Origin: an uncultured Rhabdochlamydiaceae bacterium
GTDB taxonomy: Bacteria > Chlamydiota > Chlamydiia > Chlamydiales > Rhabdochlamydiaceae
DNA length: 64,000 bases
Assembly: GCA_963712275.1 (NCBI GenBank)
Contig: CAVQHD010000001.1
Coordinates: 96,001 to 160,000, forward strand
Direction: 5' to 3'
Within the stretch, counting starts at the first letter, position 1. Each line of letters begins with the position of its first letter. Position numbers and translations under genes: made by a program. The notes beneath the pieces were generated by a model. The model was not told where the DNA came from. It worked only from the letters and a program-made list of their open reading frames with translations, and made no database searches. Below are positions 18,031 to 28,257 of the stretch, in pieces.

Positions 18031-19664
18031 ATCCATTTCTGAACGATAGGATACCGGCGTCCGACGCCAAATGATTTTTTGCTGACCCGAATGTTGGGAG
18101 CTGCTTGGCGCCGTTTGTACTCCGCCAAATGAATCCGTCGGACAAGATCGTAGACGAGGTCTTTAGGAAGATGATGGACTTCAACAATCTCTTGAGGCGA
18201 TAGCAAATCTTCCACATACGATTGCACGACGGCATCGACAATCGAGTACTCGGGAAGGGTATCGGTTGCCTGCTGCCTAGGCCTCAGCTCAGGCGAAGGC
18301 GGTTTATCTAAAATAGATTGCGGAATAAATTCTGTTTGCCGATTCAGCCATCTGGCAAGTAAATAAACTTGAGTCTTTGTGACGTCGCCAATCACGGCAA
18401 GCCCGCCTGACATATCTCCATAAAGCGTGCAATACCCCATGGCAAGTTCGCTTTTATTGCCAGTGCTCAAAACAAGGGCCCCAAGTTTATTGGAAAGCGA
18501 CATGAGCGTTAAGCCTCGCAGGCGGGACTGAATGTTTTCTTCAGTCACATCAAACGATTTGCCTTTAAAATGGGGAACCAGATTTTTAAGACACTCTTCA
18601 TACATCGGCTGAATCGAAATCTCTTTCCAATGGATCCCAAGTCGGTGCGCAAGCTTCTTTGCATCGATTAAACTCGAAGGAGCATTATATTCCGAAGGCA
18701 TTCCAACGCCGAGGACGTTCTCTTTACCAAGCGCCTCGGCTACAATACAAGCGACCAGCGCAGAATCGATCCCCCCTGAAAGTCCAAGAATCCCTTTTTT
18801 AAACCCTTGCTTATGAAAATAATCGCGTGTTCCTAAAACAAGCGCATGGAAAAGATCTCCTACCGGATCGTATTCAAATGGACAAGGACGGACGACAGCC
18901 GCTTCAAGATCAACCACCATCCAATCTTCCTCAAACCCTTTACCAAGCTGCCTGAGCTCTCCATCCGCTCCAATCACAATGCTATATCCAGAAAAAATGA
19001 GTTGGTCATTTCCTCCTACCTGCGCACAGAGAACCACCGGTGTCTTAAGCGTTTTGAAAACCTCTTGGCAGACTTTAACCCGCGTCTCCAATTTTTGAAA
19101 ATAGTATGGTGAAGCCGAAAGATTGAGGAGAATGTCGATCTGCTGCTTTGCAAGCTCCTGTACAGGATCGCAGCTGTAGCGAGTAAAGCCCACCTGATTG
19201 GCATGTTCCCAAATGTCTTCGCAGATGAGAACACCGATCCGTTTCCCTTTCCACTCCCATGTTTGAAATTGATCTCCAGGCTCAAAATACCGCCTTTCAT
19301 CAAACACATCATAGGTTGGCAAAAGCACTTTGTCATGAAACCCGATGACTTTCCCGTCTTGCAGAATTGCCGCGCTATTCAGAAGCGATTTTTCTCCTTT
19401 AGCAAAATTACGGCGCACAAGACCCACTACCGCCATCAGCCCCTGCGTATGAGAAGTAACTTCTTCAAGAGCCTCTTCCCCTGCAATAACAAACCCCTCG
19501 TGGAGTAAAAAATCCTCTGGGGGATATCCAGACAAGGCTAGCTCTGAGAAAAGGACAATATCAACCTTTTCTTCCCTTCCTTTATCTAGGGATTGAATAA
19601 TTTTTTTAACGTTTTCCTTGTAATCACCAATGGTTAAATCAAGCTGGGCAACTAATATCTTCAT
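18027..19664 (-). CDS. nadE: Glutamine-dependent NAD+ synthetase
   Basis: Nitrilase domain (ELALSGYPPED, ICEDIW) plus GLSGGIDS and TGNKSE..GYCTLYGD. Confidence 0.95.
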   Translation of the reverse strand: MKILVAQLDLTIGDYKENVKKIIQSLDKGREEKVDIVLFSELALSGYPPEDFLLHEGFVIAGEEALEEVTSHTQGLMAVVGLVRRNFAKGEKSLLNSAAILQDGKVIGFHDKVLLPTYDVFDERRYFEPGDQFQTWEWKGKRIGVLICEDIWEHANQVGFTRYSCDPVQELAKQQIDILLNLSASPYYFQKLETRVKVCQEVFKTLKTPVVLCAQVGGNDQLIFSGYSIVIGADGELRQLGKGFEEDWMVVDLEAAVVRPCPFEYDPVGDLFHALVLGTRDYFHKQGFKKGILGLSGGIDSALVACIVAEALGKENVLGVGMPSEYNAPSSLIDAKKLAHRLGIHWKEISIQPMYEECLKNLVPHFKGKSFDVTEENIQSRLRGLTLMSLSNKLGALVLSTGNKSELAMGYCTLYGDMSGGLAVIGDVTKTQVYLLARWLNRQTEFIPQSILDKPPSPELRPRQQATDTLPEYSIVDAVVQSYVEDLLSPQEIVEVHHLPKDLVYDLVRRIHLAEYKRRQAAPNIRVSKKSFGVGRRYPIVQKWI

Positions 19665-19680
19665 CTGTATAATTACCTCT

Positions 19681-21468
19681 ATGGCACAAGGTACTCTTAA
19701 AATCCATACTCAAAATATTCTTCCAATTATCAAGCAATGGCTTTATTCCGATAAAGACGTTTTTGTTCGAGAGCTCGTCTCCAATAGCACAGACGCCCTT
19801 CGAAAACTGCAAATTCTCCGAGATCAGGGGGCCATTAATTTCTCCGACGATGAACTCAAAATCGAACTCTTGATAAACCGCGAAGGAAAAACACTTCAAG
19901 TCCTCGATTCCGGCTTAGGAATGACCAGCGAGGAGGTTGAAAAATACATCGCTCAAATCGCATTTTCAGGAGCTGAAGAATTTGTCAGCAAATACCAAGG
20001 TAGCGGCAGCGAGCCGATCATTGGCCACTTTGGCCTTGGATTTTACTCGGCTTATATGGTTGCAAAAAAAGTCACCATTGATACTTTATCCTATCTTCCT
20101 AACTCAAAGGCCGCCTTTTGGTCATGTGATGGCTCTTCTGACTATACCATCGAAGAAGGAACCCGCCCAAGCCGTGGCACAACAATCACCCTTCACATTG
20201 ACAAAGAGAATGAAGAAATTTTAGACGAATCCAAGCTTAGAAACATTCTTTTACTCCATTGCCGATTTTTACCATTTCCGATTTTTCTGAATGGAACCCG
20301 AATCAATGATAAAGAGCCTCTCTGGATTAAAGCACCCTCAGAATGTCAAGAGGCCGATTACCTTGACTTTTACCATACGCTTTACCCTCTCTCTTCAGAC
20401 CCCGTCTTTTGGATCCATCTGAATGTCGACGTCCCTTTCCATCTCAAGGGAATTCTTTATTTTCCAAAACTGGGACGCCATTTCGAGTGGAATCAAAACA
20501 ATGTGCAACTCTATGTAAACCGCGTCTTTGTTTCAGGCAGCTGCAAAGACATCCTTCCCGATTTTCTACTGCCACTTCAAGGAGCCCTTGACAGCCCCGA
20601 CATCCCCATCAACGTCTCTAGAAGCTCCCTGCAAGTCGACCGTGTTGTCAAGCAACTTTCCGCCCATATCTCAAAAAAAGTCGCCGACAAACTCTCTTCT
20701 TTATTCCACCAAGAACGGGAAAAGTTTCTCGCTTTTTGGCCAGAAATTGAGCTGATCATCAAGCTCGGCATCCTCCAAGACGATAAATTTTATGCCAAAG
20801 CTCAAGAGTTCCTTGTCTGGAAAACCACCCAGGATCGGTTTCTAACCCTCCAGGAGATTCAAGCTGAATGCCCTGAAAAAGTTCTTTATACCTCTGACCT
20901 CCACACTCCTCTTTTAAAGCTCTACCCATCAACCCCCATTCTTCACTCTACCTCCCCTATCGATATCCACCTCTTCCAGCTCCTTGAATCTAAACTCAAG
21001 CTCAAATTCCACCGCATTGACGGAAGCCTCGACCCTGCTCTCCTCGACCCCTCACGAGAAAAAACATTGCTCGATGTCGAAGGCAAGACGGAAAGCGGCC
21101 ACATGAGTGATTTTTTCAGAAAAGCACTGGGCTCCGATCATCTCACCGTCGAAGCTAAAAGCCTCTCTTCCAATGACCTCCCAGCAATCCTCATCGTGGA
21201 TGAGCAGTCTCGCCGACTGAGAGATGCGATGGCCTTCAGAGACCCTTCCTCGTCACTCCCTCTTAAAACAACTTTTGTGGTGAATACCAACAGCCCCCTG
21301 ATCAATTCCCTCTACCGCCTCCACGAGCGAGAGCCGGAACTGGCTCAAACCATCGCAAAGCACTTGCACGACCTTGCTCAGCTAGGGCACAAAGAGTTCA
21401 ACGCAAGTGACCTTGCGCATCGCTCCACTCAGATCCTTGAAAAACTTCTGGGACAGATTTCTCCTTAA
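19681..21468 (+). CDS. htpG: Chaperone HtpG (Hsp90)
   Basis: LYSDKDVFVRELVSN, DSGLGMT, IGHFGLGFYS; ATG at 19681. Confidence 0.95.
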   Translation: MAQGTLKIHTQNILPIIKQWLYSDKDVFVRELVSNSTDALRKLQILRDQGAINFSDDELKIELLINREGKTLQVLDSGLGMTSEEVEKYIAQIAFSGAEEFVSKYQGSGSEPIIGHFGLGFYSAYMVAKKVTIDTLSYLPNSKAAFWSCDGSSDYTIEEGTRPSRGTTITLHIDKENEEILDESKLRNILLLHCRFLPFPIFLNGTRINDKEPLWIKAPSECQEADYLDFYHTLYPLSSDPVFWIHLNVDVPFHLKGILYFPKLGRHFEWNQNNVQLYVNRVFVSGSCKDILPDFLLPLQGALDSPDIPINVSRSSLQVDRVVKQLSAHISKKVADKLSSLFHQEREKFLAFWPEIELIIKLGILQDDKFYAKAQEFLVWKTTQDRFLTLQEIQAECPEKVLYTSDLHTPLLKLYPSTPILHSTSPIDIHLFQLLESKLKLKFHRIDGSLDPALLDPSREKTLLDVEGKTESGHMSDFFRKALGSDHLTVEAKSLSSNDLPAILIVDEQSRRLRDAMAFRDPSSSLPLKTTFVVNTNSPLINSLYRLHEREPELAQTIAKHLHDLAQLGHKEFNASDLAHRSTQILEKLLGQISP

Positions 21469-21507
21469 AAAACCCTAACCCCCTTAAAACGAAAAGGTTT
21501 TATTAAC

Positions 21508-21548
21508 TGTTGCAAATTGCAACAACAACTGTTACAATCCGCAACAGT
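21508..21548. promoter_or_regulatory. Two tandem imperfect palindromes (TGTTGC..GCAACA) upstream of the AAA ATPase
   Basis: TGTTGCAAATTGCAACA 21508-21524 and ACTGTTACAATCCGCAACAGT 21528-21548; half-sites are 22 bp apart. Confidence 0.5.
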
Positions 21549-21556
21549 GGAATTTT

Positions 21557-22783
21557 ATGCTTAAAAGACACCTGCAAGACGAACTCGAAGCGTACCTCAA
21601 ACTGATGCCTGTTGTTCTTCTGACAGGCGCTCGCCAGACAGGTAAAACGACTCTTGTCGAAACACTTACCCACGACAAAAACTATTTCCTTGTCACTTTT
21701 GATGATGAACTTTCACTTTCTAATGCCAAACGAGATCCTTCAGGATGGCTTGCTGCGCTTCCGAAGCCTCTTGTGATTGACGAGGTACAAAGAGTTCCAG
21801 AAATTTTTTTACAGCTAAAGAAAGAAGTTGACCAAGACCGAGTTCCAGGACGGTATCTTCTCACTGGCTCAGCTAATCCTCTTTTGATCCCTAAACTTGG
21901 AGATTCTCTTGCCGGCAGAATGGGAATTCTAACTCTATACCCATTTTCTCAAGGAGAACTTCAGCAAAAAAAAGAAACTTTCTTATCCCGAATCTTTCAA
22001 GAGCAACTGTCAACAATTAAAGCTGATCCTCTCAGCCAAGACCATCTTTTTGAAATTCTCTTAAAAGGAGGATTTCCCGTGGTTCAAACGCTTGACAATC
22101 CAGCCGATATTTCTCGGTGGTTGCAGTCTTATTTGCAAACCATGATGGAGCGAGACGTGCGAGATCTTTCCAACATCGAAGGCCTTCGTGAGTTTCCAAG
22201 ATTATTTCGACTTCTTGCAACACGTTCAGCAATGCTTTTAAACACCGCAGATATTTCACGTTCTTTAGGACTTGTCTCAATTACACTGAGCCGCTACCTT
22301 CGACTCCTTGAAACTCTCTATTTTATTGAACTCTTGCCCGCATGGTACTCCAATCTAGGAAAGCGGTTGATTAAATCTCCTAAACTCCATTTTTGCGACA
22401 CCTCTATCATGGCTGAGCTATTAAATATTGACTCTAGTCGTCTGAAAAATGATCCAAGCCTTGCGGGACAGTTTTTAGAAACATTTGTCTTTGGGGAGCT
22501 GCTCAAACAAAAAAGTTGGTCTTCCACCCCTTTCGATCTCTACCATTTCCGTGATGGGGATAAAGAAGTTGATTTTGTCTTAGAAAAAAGAGATGGCTCT
22601 ATCATCGGAATTGAAGTGAAAAGCTCTAGATCTCTTCAAGCCGATGATTTGAAAGGACTTAAACACCTTCAAACGCTTTCAAATAATAAGTTTTATCTAG
22701 GTATTGTTCTTCATATGGGGACTCAGGTGGAGCCTTTAGGACCACGCCTATGGGCTCTTCCCCTCCAAGCGTTATGGAACTAA
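21557..22783 (+). CDS. AAA_14/DUF4143-type ATPase with C-terminal PD-(D/E)xK-like domain
   Basis: GARQTGKTT, IDEVQR, LLTGS, GGFP and EVDFVLE..IEVK motifs. Confidence 0.9.
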   Translation: MLKRHLQDELEAYLKLMPVVLLTGARQTGKTTLVETLTHDKNYFLVTFDDELSLSNAKRDPSGWLAALPKPLVIDEVQRVPEIFLQLKKEVDQDRVPGRYLLTGSANPLLIPKLGDSLAGRMGILTLYPFSQGELQQKKETFLSRIFQEQLSTIKADPLSQDHLFEILLKGGFPVVQTLDNPADISRWLQSYLQTMMERDVRDLSNIEGLREFPRLFRLLATRSAMLLNTADISRSLGLVSITLSRYLRLLETLYFIELLPAWYSNLGKRLIKSPKLHFCDTSIMAELLNIDSSRLKNDPSLAGQFLETFVFGELLKQKSWSSTPFDLYHFRDGDKEVDFVLEKRDGSIIGIEVKSSRSLQADDLKGLKHLQTLSNNKFYLGIVLHMGTQVEPLGPRLWALPLQALWN

Positions 22784-23992
22784 TTTTCTCCTCGAAATTT
22801 CTTGAACACACCTATGCTGTGGACGAGGGAGCAAAACCAATTGATCGACGACTACTCCTGTCGCCATGCGAGCTTCAAGCACGGCTCTCTGCGGACTTAA
22901 GTGGACAAACCAACAGGCGTTTACCGAAGCCGATTTCTCTAAATACCAGAGCTCTTCCGGTGTCTTGACCCTTCGTGGAGGAGCACCCCATGAGCCATCC
23001 CCTAAATAAACGACCCCGGCGGGATCTTTTTGCCCTCCCCGGATTGGATACGTTCGCTTAAACGCATGGCTATGGTGCTCAAAAGCAGCACATAAGTGCG
23101 CCTGTTCAAAAAGTGGCGCCCAATTCCTTCTAATCGACTCAGCCACCTCTCCCTTGAATTTATAAACAGAAGGGTATGCTCCAATGTGATAGGCGGCAAA
23201 TAAATAACGATTTTCAGATCTTTTCATCACCTCTTTTAGCCACTCTGTTTGTACCCCTTCAATAGGCCATGTATGCCCTGTATCAAGGAGAATGAGACTC
23301 AAATAATCGCCCATTTCCATCATCCGATAGGCACACCCCTTCTCAGGGAAGGGAAAAATGTCATAAAAGATTTCATAACCGCTTCTTTTATGCACATCGT
23401 GATTGCCCACCACTGGAAGGAGTGGAATCAGCCGACCCTCTTTTGTTTGGAGCGACTTTTGTAGCTCTTTTAAAAACTGTTGCCACCGCTCCATTTCCCA
23501 TTCTAGCCCCTTAAAAAGCCTTTTAGTCCCCGTCGTGTAGGCTAAATCCCCTCCTAGTACCACAAAATCTGGATCATCGAAACAAACCGCCAAATTCATT
23601 CGGTGAAACGCTTCAAATTCTTCATCGTAAAAAATATCTCCTCCCACAACAAACCGCACCTCTCTACTCAGGCTGCGGGGCAGCGTACGAAACCGATAGA
23701 CTTTTTGACTCCCCTCAATCTTAAAAATATAGATCGTATTAGACTCAAGCCTTTCAAGCTGAGATACATGAACAGTGACCTTCGTTCCTGGGATAGGATG
23801 AGACTCAGCCCCGGCAGAAACCCATTTCGTCTCTCCTTCCGGATGAAACCAGACATCCCCTCCTGTCCCATGCCAAACCACTGTCATAGTCGTCGTCGGA
23901 TCGCGGATCCACGTCAGATAGATCACATCGGGCTCCCCCGCTCCTAACACACATCCCAAGGAGAAAAATAGCCCCAACACAAACTTAATCAA
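22772..23992 (-). CDS. Secreted purple-acid-phosphatase-like metallophosphoesterase
   Basis: Signal peptide, FN3-like N-terminal part, GGD, GGDLAY, GNHD and HHSH motifs. Confidence 0.88.
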   Translation of the reverse strand: MIKFVLGLFFSLGCVLGAGEPDVIYLTWIRDPTTTMTVVWHGTGGDVWFHPEGETKWVSAGAESHPIPGTKVTVHVSQLERLESNTIYIFKIEGSQKVYRFRTLPRSLSREVRFVVGGDIFYDEEFEAFHRMNLAVCFDDPDFVVLGGDLAYTTGTKRLFKGLEWEMERWQQFLKELQKSLQTKEGRLIPLLPVVGNHDVHKRSGYEIFYDIFPFPEKGCAYRMMEMGDYLSLILLDTGHTWPIEGVQTEWLKEVMKRSENRYLFAAYHIGAYPSVYKFKGEVAESIRRNWAPLFEQAHLCAAFEHHSHAFKRTYPIRGGQKDPAGVVYLGDGSWGAPPRRVKTPEELWYLEKSASVNACWFVHLSPQRAVLEARMATGVVVDQLVLLPRPQHRCVQEISRRKLVP

Positions 23993-24135
23993 TTGATCCT
24001 CAGAAGCTTATATAGATTAAAATCGCAGCCTGTTTATTTAAAAAGAGTTCTAGTTTTTATATACATATAAAATGTTTTATTTACAAATAATACAATTTGT
24101 TTTATAATCATATATAATGTTTTAAGGAAAAACCT

Positions 24136-24993
24136 ATGTCTAGCAAAATTACTCGTTGCGCCTACGATCCAACAGGAAACGATGACTTTACATCCCCTAT
24201 TAATCCAGCCAGCCAATTTAACTCTAATGGCGCACACGACATCAGCAAACTCGTCCATCGCATTGTAACCACCCATCTTGGGTATACAGGCAACAAGCCA
24301 TACACCCTTACCCTTAAGCGCAAACAAATTACATTAGACATCAATGGCAAAGCAGCCAGTTTTCTGCGATTGGAAAATGGGCGGTGGGAGCTGAAACGTG
24401 GCGGCAGCGCAACGAATGCTAAGGCAAGTAGTCAAATTTCAAACGACGTGAATGCCACCCTCGACGAAATCAAGGCAGCCAATACGGCAGCCAGGGGTAA
24501 CAAGAAGAGTACGCGTGCTTTAAAGCGCCCTTTCGTTCGAGATGCTGATAGTGGTAGTGATGATGAAGAGGATGAGGCTACAGAATCTTGCTATGTAAGG
24601 GCTACTCATAACCTTAACCAACACGGTAGGCCTACACCCTCTACCACAACCGGCACAAGCCCTAGCATAAATCAAGGACAGGGCCCAGACTCCACCGCAG
24701 CTCTAATAGAAGCTATCCACACTATCGGAAGAACTTCACAAGAGCAAATGGACATTATTAGACGACTCATAGACCAGCGAGAACAACAAGCAGCTTATAC
24801 AGGTAGAGCCACTGATGATGACCATCAAGGAAAAGAAATTGAGCGCTTAAAGGCGGAGCTTAGAGAAATGCAGGCAACGGCTCAAAAAACACAAGAGGCT
24901 TTGCAAGCAGAGATTCAAAGACTTGAAGAAACAAATCAGTCATTTGCAATAATACAAAAAGAACAAGAAGACTTACTTAAAGATATTAATTAA
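24136..24993 (+). CDS. Hypothetical protein with acidic patch and C-terminal coiled coil
   Basis: AAGGA RBS, 285-aa ORF, DSGSDDEEDE tract, heptad-rich C-terminus. Confidence 0.75.
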   Translation: MSSKITRCAYDPTGNDDFTSPINPASQFNSNGAHDISKLVHRIVTTHLGYTGNKPYTLTLKRKQITLDINGKAASFLRLENGRWELKRGGSATNAKASSQISNDVNATLDEIKAANTAARGNKKSTRALKRPFVRDADSGSDDEEDEATESCYVRATHNLNQHGRPTPSTTTGTSPSINQGQGPDSTAALIEAIHTIGRTSQEQMDIIRRLIDQREQQAAYTGRATDDDHQGKEIERLKAELREMQATAQKTQEALQAEIQRLEETNQSFAIIQKEQEDLLKDIN

Positions 24994-25013
24994 TAAAAAA
25001 TAAGGAGAAAAAA

Positions 25014-25433
25014 ATGTCAGCCAACCCTATTCAACAACTTACAAGTGCTGTTGATAATGTAACAACTATTCCTGCAAAAATGGACCCTATTACAGCGAAA
25101 ATTAAAATTTTGCTCAGAAATAATCAAGAGCAGAAAGCGCAAATTGCGGAGTTGCAAGATCAAAATAAAACTCTAACAGATCGAGCTCTTGAAGCAGAGG
25201 AAAAAAATGCAGCAAAAGATGCTCAAATTGCTCAACTAAACAAAACAAACATTGAGCAAGCTCAAACAATCGAGAACAAAGCAAAAGAAAATACTCAGCT
25301 CTCAAGAAATATTGATGAGCTTAACCAAGCTATTGAAAGCCTCAAGGAAAAACTGTTGACTTTCACTACTGACCATTCAACAAGACTGGACTCTCAATTA
25401 GAGTTACTTAAAGATATTAAACTTAATCAATAA
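25014..25433 (+). CDS. Hypothetical coiled-coil protein (paralogue of the next gene)
   Basis: AAGGAG RBS; shares TIPAxMDPITxKIKILLxNNQEQKAQI with 25454-26065. Confidence 0.78.
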   Translation: MSANPIQQLTSAVDNVTTIPAKMDPITAKIKILLRNNQEQKAQIAELQDQNKTLTDRALEAEEKNAAKDAQIAQLNKTNIEQAQTIENKAKENTQLSRNIDELNQAIESLKEKLLTFTTDHSTRLDSQLELLKDIKLNQ

Positions 25434-25453
25434 AAAAACAAAGAGAAAAAACA

Positions 25454-26065
25454 ATGTCAACCAAAGCTATTGCAGGTCTTACCGACGCGGTTACTAAAAT
25501 AGAAACCATTCCTGCGCAAATGGACCCTATTACAGAGAAAATTAAAATTTTGCTCAAAAATAATCAAGAGCAGAAAGCGCAAATTATAGATCTGAAAAGG
25601 CAAAATGAGCAGCTTCAAAAAGAAAATACACACAAAACAGCACGTCTAGACCTCGTCGAAAAGGCTTGGACAGCAGCTGTGAACATCAAATTGGAGAGAG
25701 AAGAGGAAATTAGAGCCCTCAAGGCAGAAAATCAGAGCCTTCAAGCAGAGAATACCTGCAAAATTTCACAGTTACGCCATACCGAACAGTTTGTGTGCAA
25801 GATCAGCGACGAGCGTGATCAGCTGAGTGCCAAGCTTTCCAAGGCTATCGAGGAACAAAACGAGCTCGTTGATAAAACCACTGTGGTTTTGGCAAAAATG
25901 AAACGAGAGCGTACTTTACTGGTGCAACAATGTCTTCAGCTAGCTCATGCGCTTCATCAAGAAAAAAAGCTGGCTGGCTTCTCCGCTGATGAAAAAACAC
26001 CAGCGGAAGAAGGATCCTTGCATCCGTCATGGGTCGGAGAGGTAAGCGGAGTCTTTCTTTTTTAA
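25454..26065 (+). CDS. Hypothetical coiled-coil protein (paralogue of the previous gene)
   Basis: Shared N-terminal motif followed by a different coiled-coil C-terminus. Confidence 0.78.
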   Translation: MSTKAIAGLTDAVTKIETIPAQMDPITEKIKILLKNNQEQKAQIIDLKRQNEQLQKENTHKTARLDLVEKAWTAAVNIKLEREEEIRALKAENQSLQAENTCKISQLRHTEQFVCKISDERDQLSAKLSKAIEEQNELVDKTTVVLAKMKRERTLLVQQCLQLAHALHQEKKLAGFSADEKTPAEEGSLHPSWVGEVSGVFLF

Positions 26066-26454
26066 GAACCTTCAGTAACAGCCTGGACCTCAGGAGTCTC
26101 TTCTGTGCCGGGTTGAACATCGGAGATGGCAGCTTTAAGCACTTCGATTTTCGATCCATCCACCATTTTTAAAATCACAGAGCTCTTTCCATCGGCGCTA
26201 TCTGCAACTCGGACAACAGTTCCAAGGATCCCCATTGCGGTGACTCGATCCCCTTTCTTGATGGAGCTCCGTTGTTTTTCAAGCGTTTTACGTCGCTTTT
26301 GCTCTGGTCGCCAAAGTAGGAAGTAGAAAAAGAGAACACCAAAACCCACAAGCATGAGCGTTTGCATAAAATTATTTTCTCTCACAGGAGCTACTGCTTC
26401 ATCTGCAAAGAGAGAACCGGCTGCTAGAAGAAAAAAACAAAGTTTATCGAACAT
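26062..26454 (-). CDS. yajC: Preprotein translocase subunit YajC
   Basis: FFYFLLWRPEQKRRK and IKKGDRVTAMGILGTV motifs. Confidence 0.95.
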   Translation of the reverse strand: MFDKLCFFLLAAGSLFADEAVAPVRENNFMQTLMLVGFGVLFFYFLLWRPEQKRRKTLEKQRSSIKKGDRVTAMGILGTVVRVADSADGKSSVILKMVDGSKIEVLKAAISDVQPGTEETPEVQAVTEGS

Positions 26455-26523
26455 AACACCTCAAATGTTAAACTGTTTAATTTTCCCATTGTGCCTGATG
26501 ATCAGCACTTTTTTCAAGAAAAT

Positions 26524-27687
26524 TCATTTTTTGAGGTAACAAATATTTTCTATATGAGGCGTATGAGGAAATTGGTCAATAGGTTGCACCTGAAGAGGGG
26601 TGTATTCGGGAAGCTCAAATAAATTCTGAGCTTGGGTTTTGGGGTTACAGGAGATGTAAAGAATTTGTAGAGGGTTTAAGGCTCGAAGAATTTCCAAAGC
26701 AGGACGGTCAAGCCCTGCACGTGGAGGGTCGAGGATCACAAGGTCCGGTTTAGGAAAGTTATTTTTAGCAAGTGTTTGAGCGACATCCCCTTGATAAAGG
26801 TTTATGTTTGAAAGGCGGTTGATCTCGCAATTCACTTTTCCATCAAAGACAGCATAAGGGTTGAGTTCAATTCCAATAACCTGTTTAACCCTTGGAGCAG
26901 ATAAAATCCCCAAGATCGCTGTTCCACAGTAGAGGTCGTAGATACACGCCTTCGGGGTGAGGTAGGGTAGCCGGAGAGCCGTCTCATAGAGCACTTCAGC
27001 TTGCTCCGTGTTGGGTTGGAAAAAAGAACTGGGGCTGATTTTAAATAAAAAGCGGCGCCCTTCAATGGTAAGTTCTTCGTCAAGATGCGTTGCCCCTGCA
27101 AGATGTATTTCAAAAAATTGAGTTGGTCTTCCAGCAATTGCCTGATGAATTTGGAGGAAAATACTCGCAGAAGGGTCGCAGATAGCATCGACAAATTGGT
27201 TAATTTGTGATTGGGTCATGGCAAACTGAGGATTTCCGGAAACAGTTAGGATGATCATCTTCTTGCCACTTGCGCGAGACTGTCGAATAGTCAGGGTACG
27301 GAGGGTTCCTTCCCCTGAGCGAAAATGAAAGGCTCGAAGTAGGCTCTTTTCCCACCACTGATAAACACTACTTAAGATCTCTGCAAATCCATCAGGGGCA
27401 ATTAAACACTGCTGTAAATTGAATACTTTTCCCCGTGATTTTTTTAAGATCAAGCCAAGAAATCGGTCGCCTGCTTTATTCTGAGAAAAAGAAAATTCCA
27501 TCTTATTACGGTACCGCCAAGGGGTTTGACAACCGATGATTGGAGAAACTGTAGTGGAAGGAAAAAGAGCTTGAACGAAAGATTGTTTCGATTGAAGTTG
27601 CTGATTATAAGAAATATCTTGAAAACGACATCCGCCACAGGCAGGGAAATGGAGGCACTGAATTGCTTCGTAAGCTTCAAAATTCAT
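26524..27687 (-). CDS. rlmD: 23S rRNA m5U methyltransferase (RlmD/TrmA family)
   Basis: CLHFPACGGC Fe-S motif, SFFQPN, DLYCG, LDPPRAG, YISCNP and DQFPHTPHIE. Confidence 0.88.
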   Translation of the reverse strand: MNFEAYEAIQCLHFPACGGCRFQDISYNQQLQSKQSFVQALFPSTTVSPIIGCQTPWRYRNKMEFSFSQNKAGDRFLGLILKKSRGKVFNLQQCLIAPDGFAEILSSVYQWWEKSLLRAFHFRSGEGTLRTLTIRQSRASGKKMIILTVSGNPQFAMTQSQINQFVDAICDPSASIFLQIHQAIAGRPTQFFEIHLAGATHLDEELTIEGRRFLFKISPSSFFQPNTEQAEVLYETALRLPYLTPKACIYDLYCGTAILGILSAPRVKQVIGIELNPYAVFDGKVNCEINRLSNINLYQGDVAQTLAKNNFPKPDLVILDPPRAGLDRPALEILRALNPLQILYISCNPKTQAQNLFELPEYTPLQVQPIDQFPHTPHIENICYLKK

Positions 27688-27906
27688 TGATGAAGTCTAT
27701 CCGATGCGAGATTAAAACTGTGGCAATAATTTATTTTATTCTGGGTTTTTTGAAATATCCCTAGCATTTCAATCACTTCTTCCTGTAGACTGGGGATTGA
27801 GTTTGAGTTCTTACGTCCCGCGTGCAAAGGATTGCCCTTGGGGAATCGATAGATCAGACTTTAAACCCCAGTGGGGAATTTGTTTTTTTAAGGAAAAAAG
27901 GAATTT

Positions 27907-28221
27907 ATGCAAAATCAAAAATTGTATGTAGGCGGTCTACCCTACAAAACAACTGAAGAAGAACTTCATGAACTGTTCAGTAAATTTGGTACTGTTACAT
28001 CTGTTAAAGTTATTACTGACCGGGTGACTGGTGAATCTAAAGGGTTCGCATTTGTTGAAATGGCCTCTGCAGATGACGCTCAAAAAGCCATCGAAGGAGC
28101 CAATGGCTCTCAAGTTGGTGGACGAAATCTCGTTGTTAGCATTGCGCGTCCTCCACAAGCACGTGAAGATGGCGGTTTTGACCGTCCACGACGCAGTGGC
28201 GGTTTCCGCGAGCGACGTTAA
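27907..28221 (+). CDS. RRM-domain RNA-binding protein
   Basis: RNP2 LYVGGL, RNP1 KGFAFVEM, RG-rich tail. Confidence 0.93.
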   Translation: MQNQKLYVGGLPYKTTEEELHELFSKFGTVTSVKVITDRVTGESKGFAFVEMASADDAQKAIEGANGSQVGGRNLVVSIARPPQAREDGGFDRPRRSGGFRERR

Positions 28222-28257
28222 TCCTGTTTTTACAAGGATGTTAGTTTTGCTGCTGGT

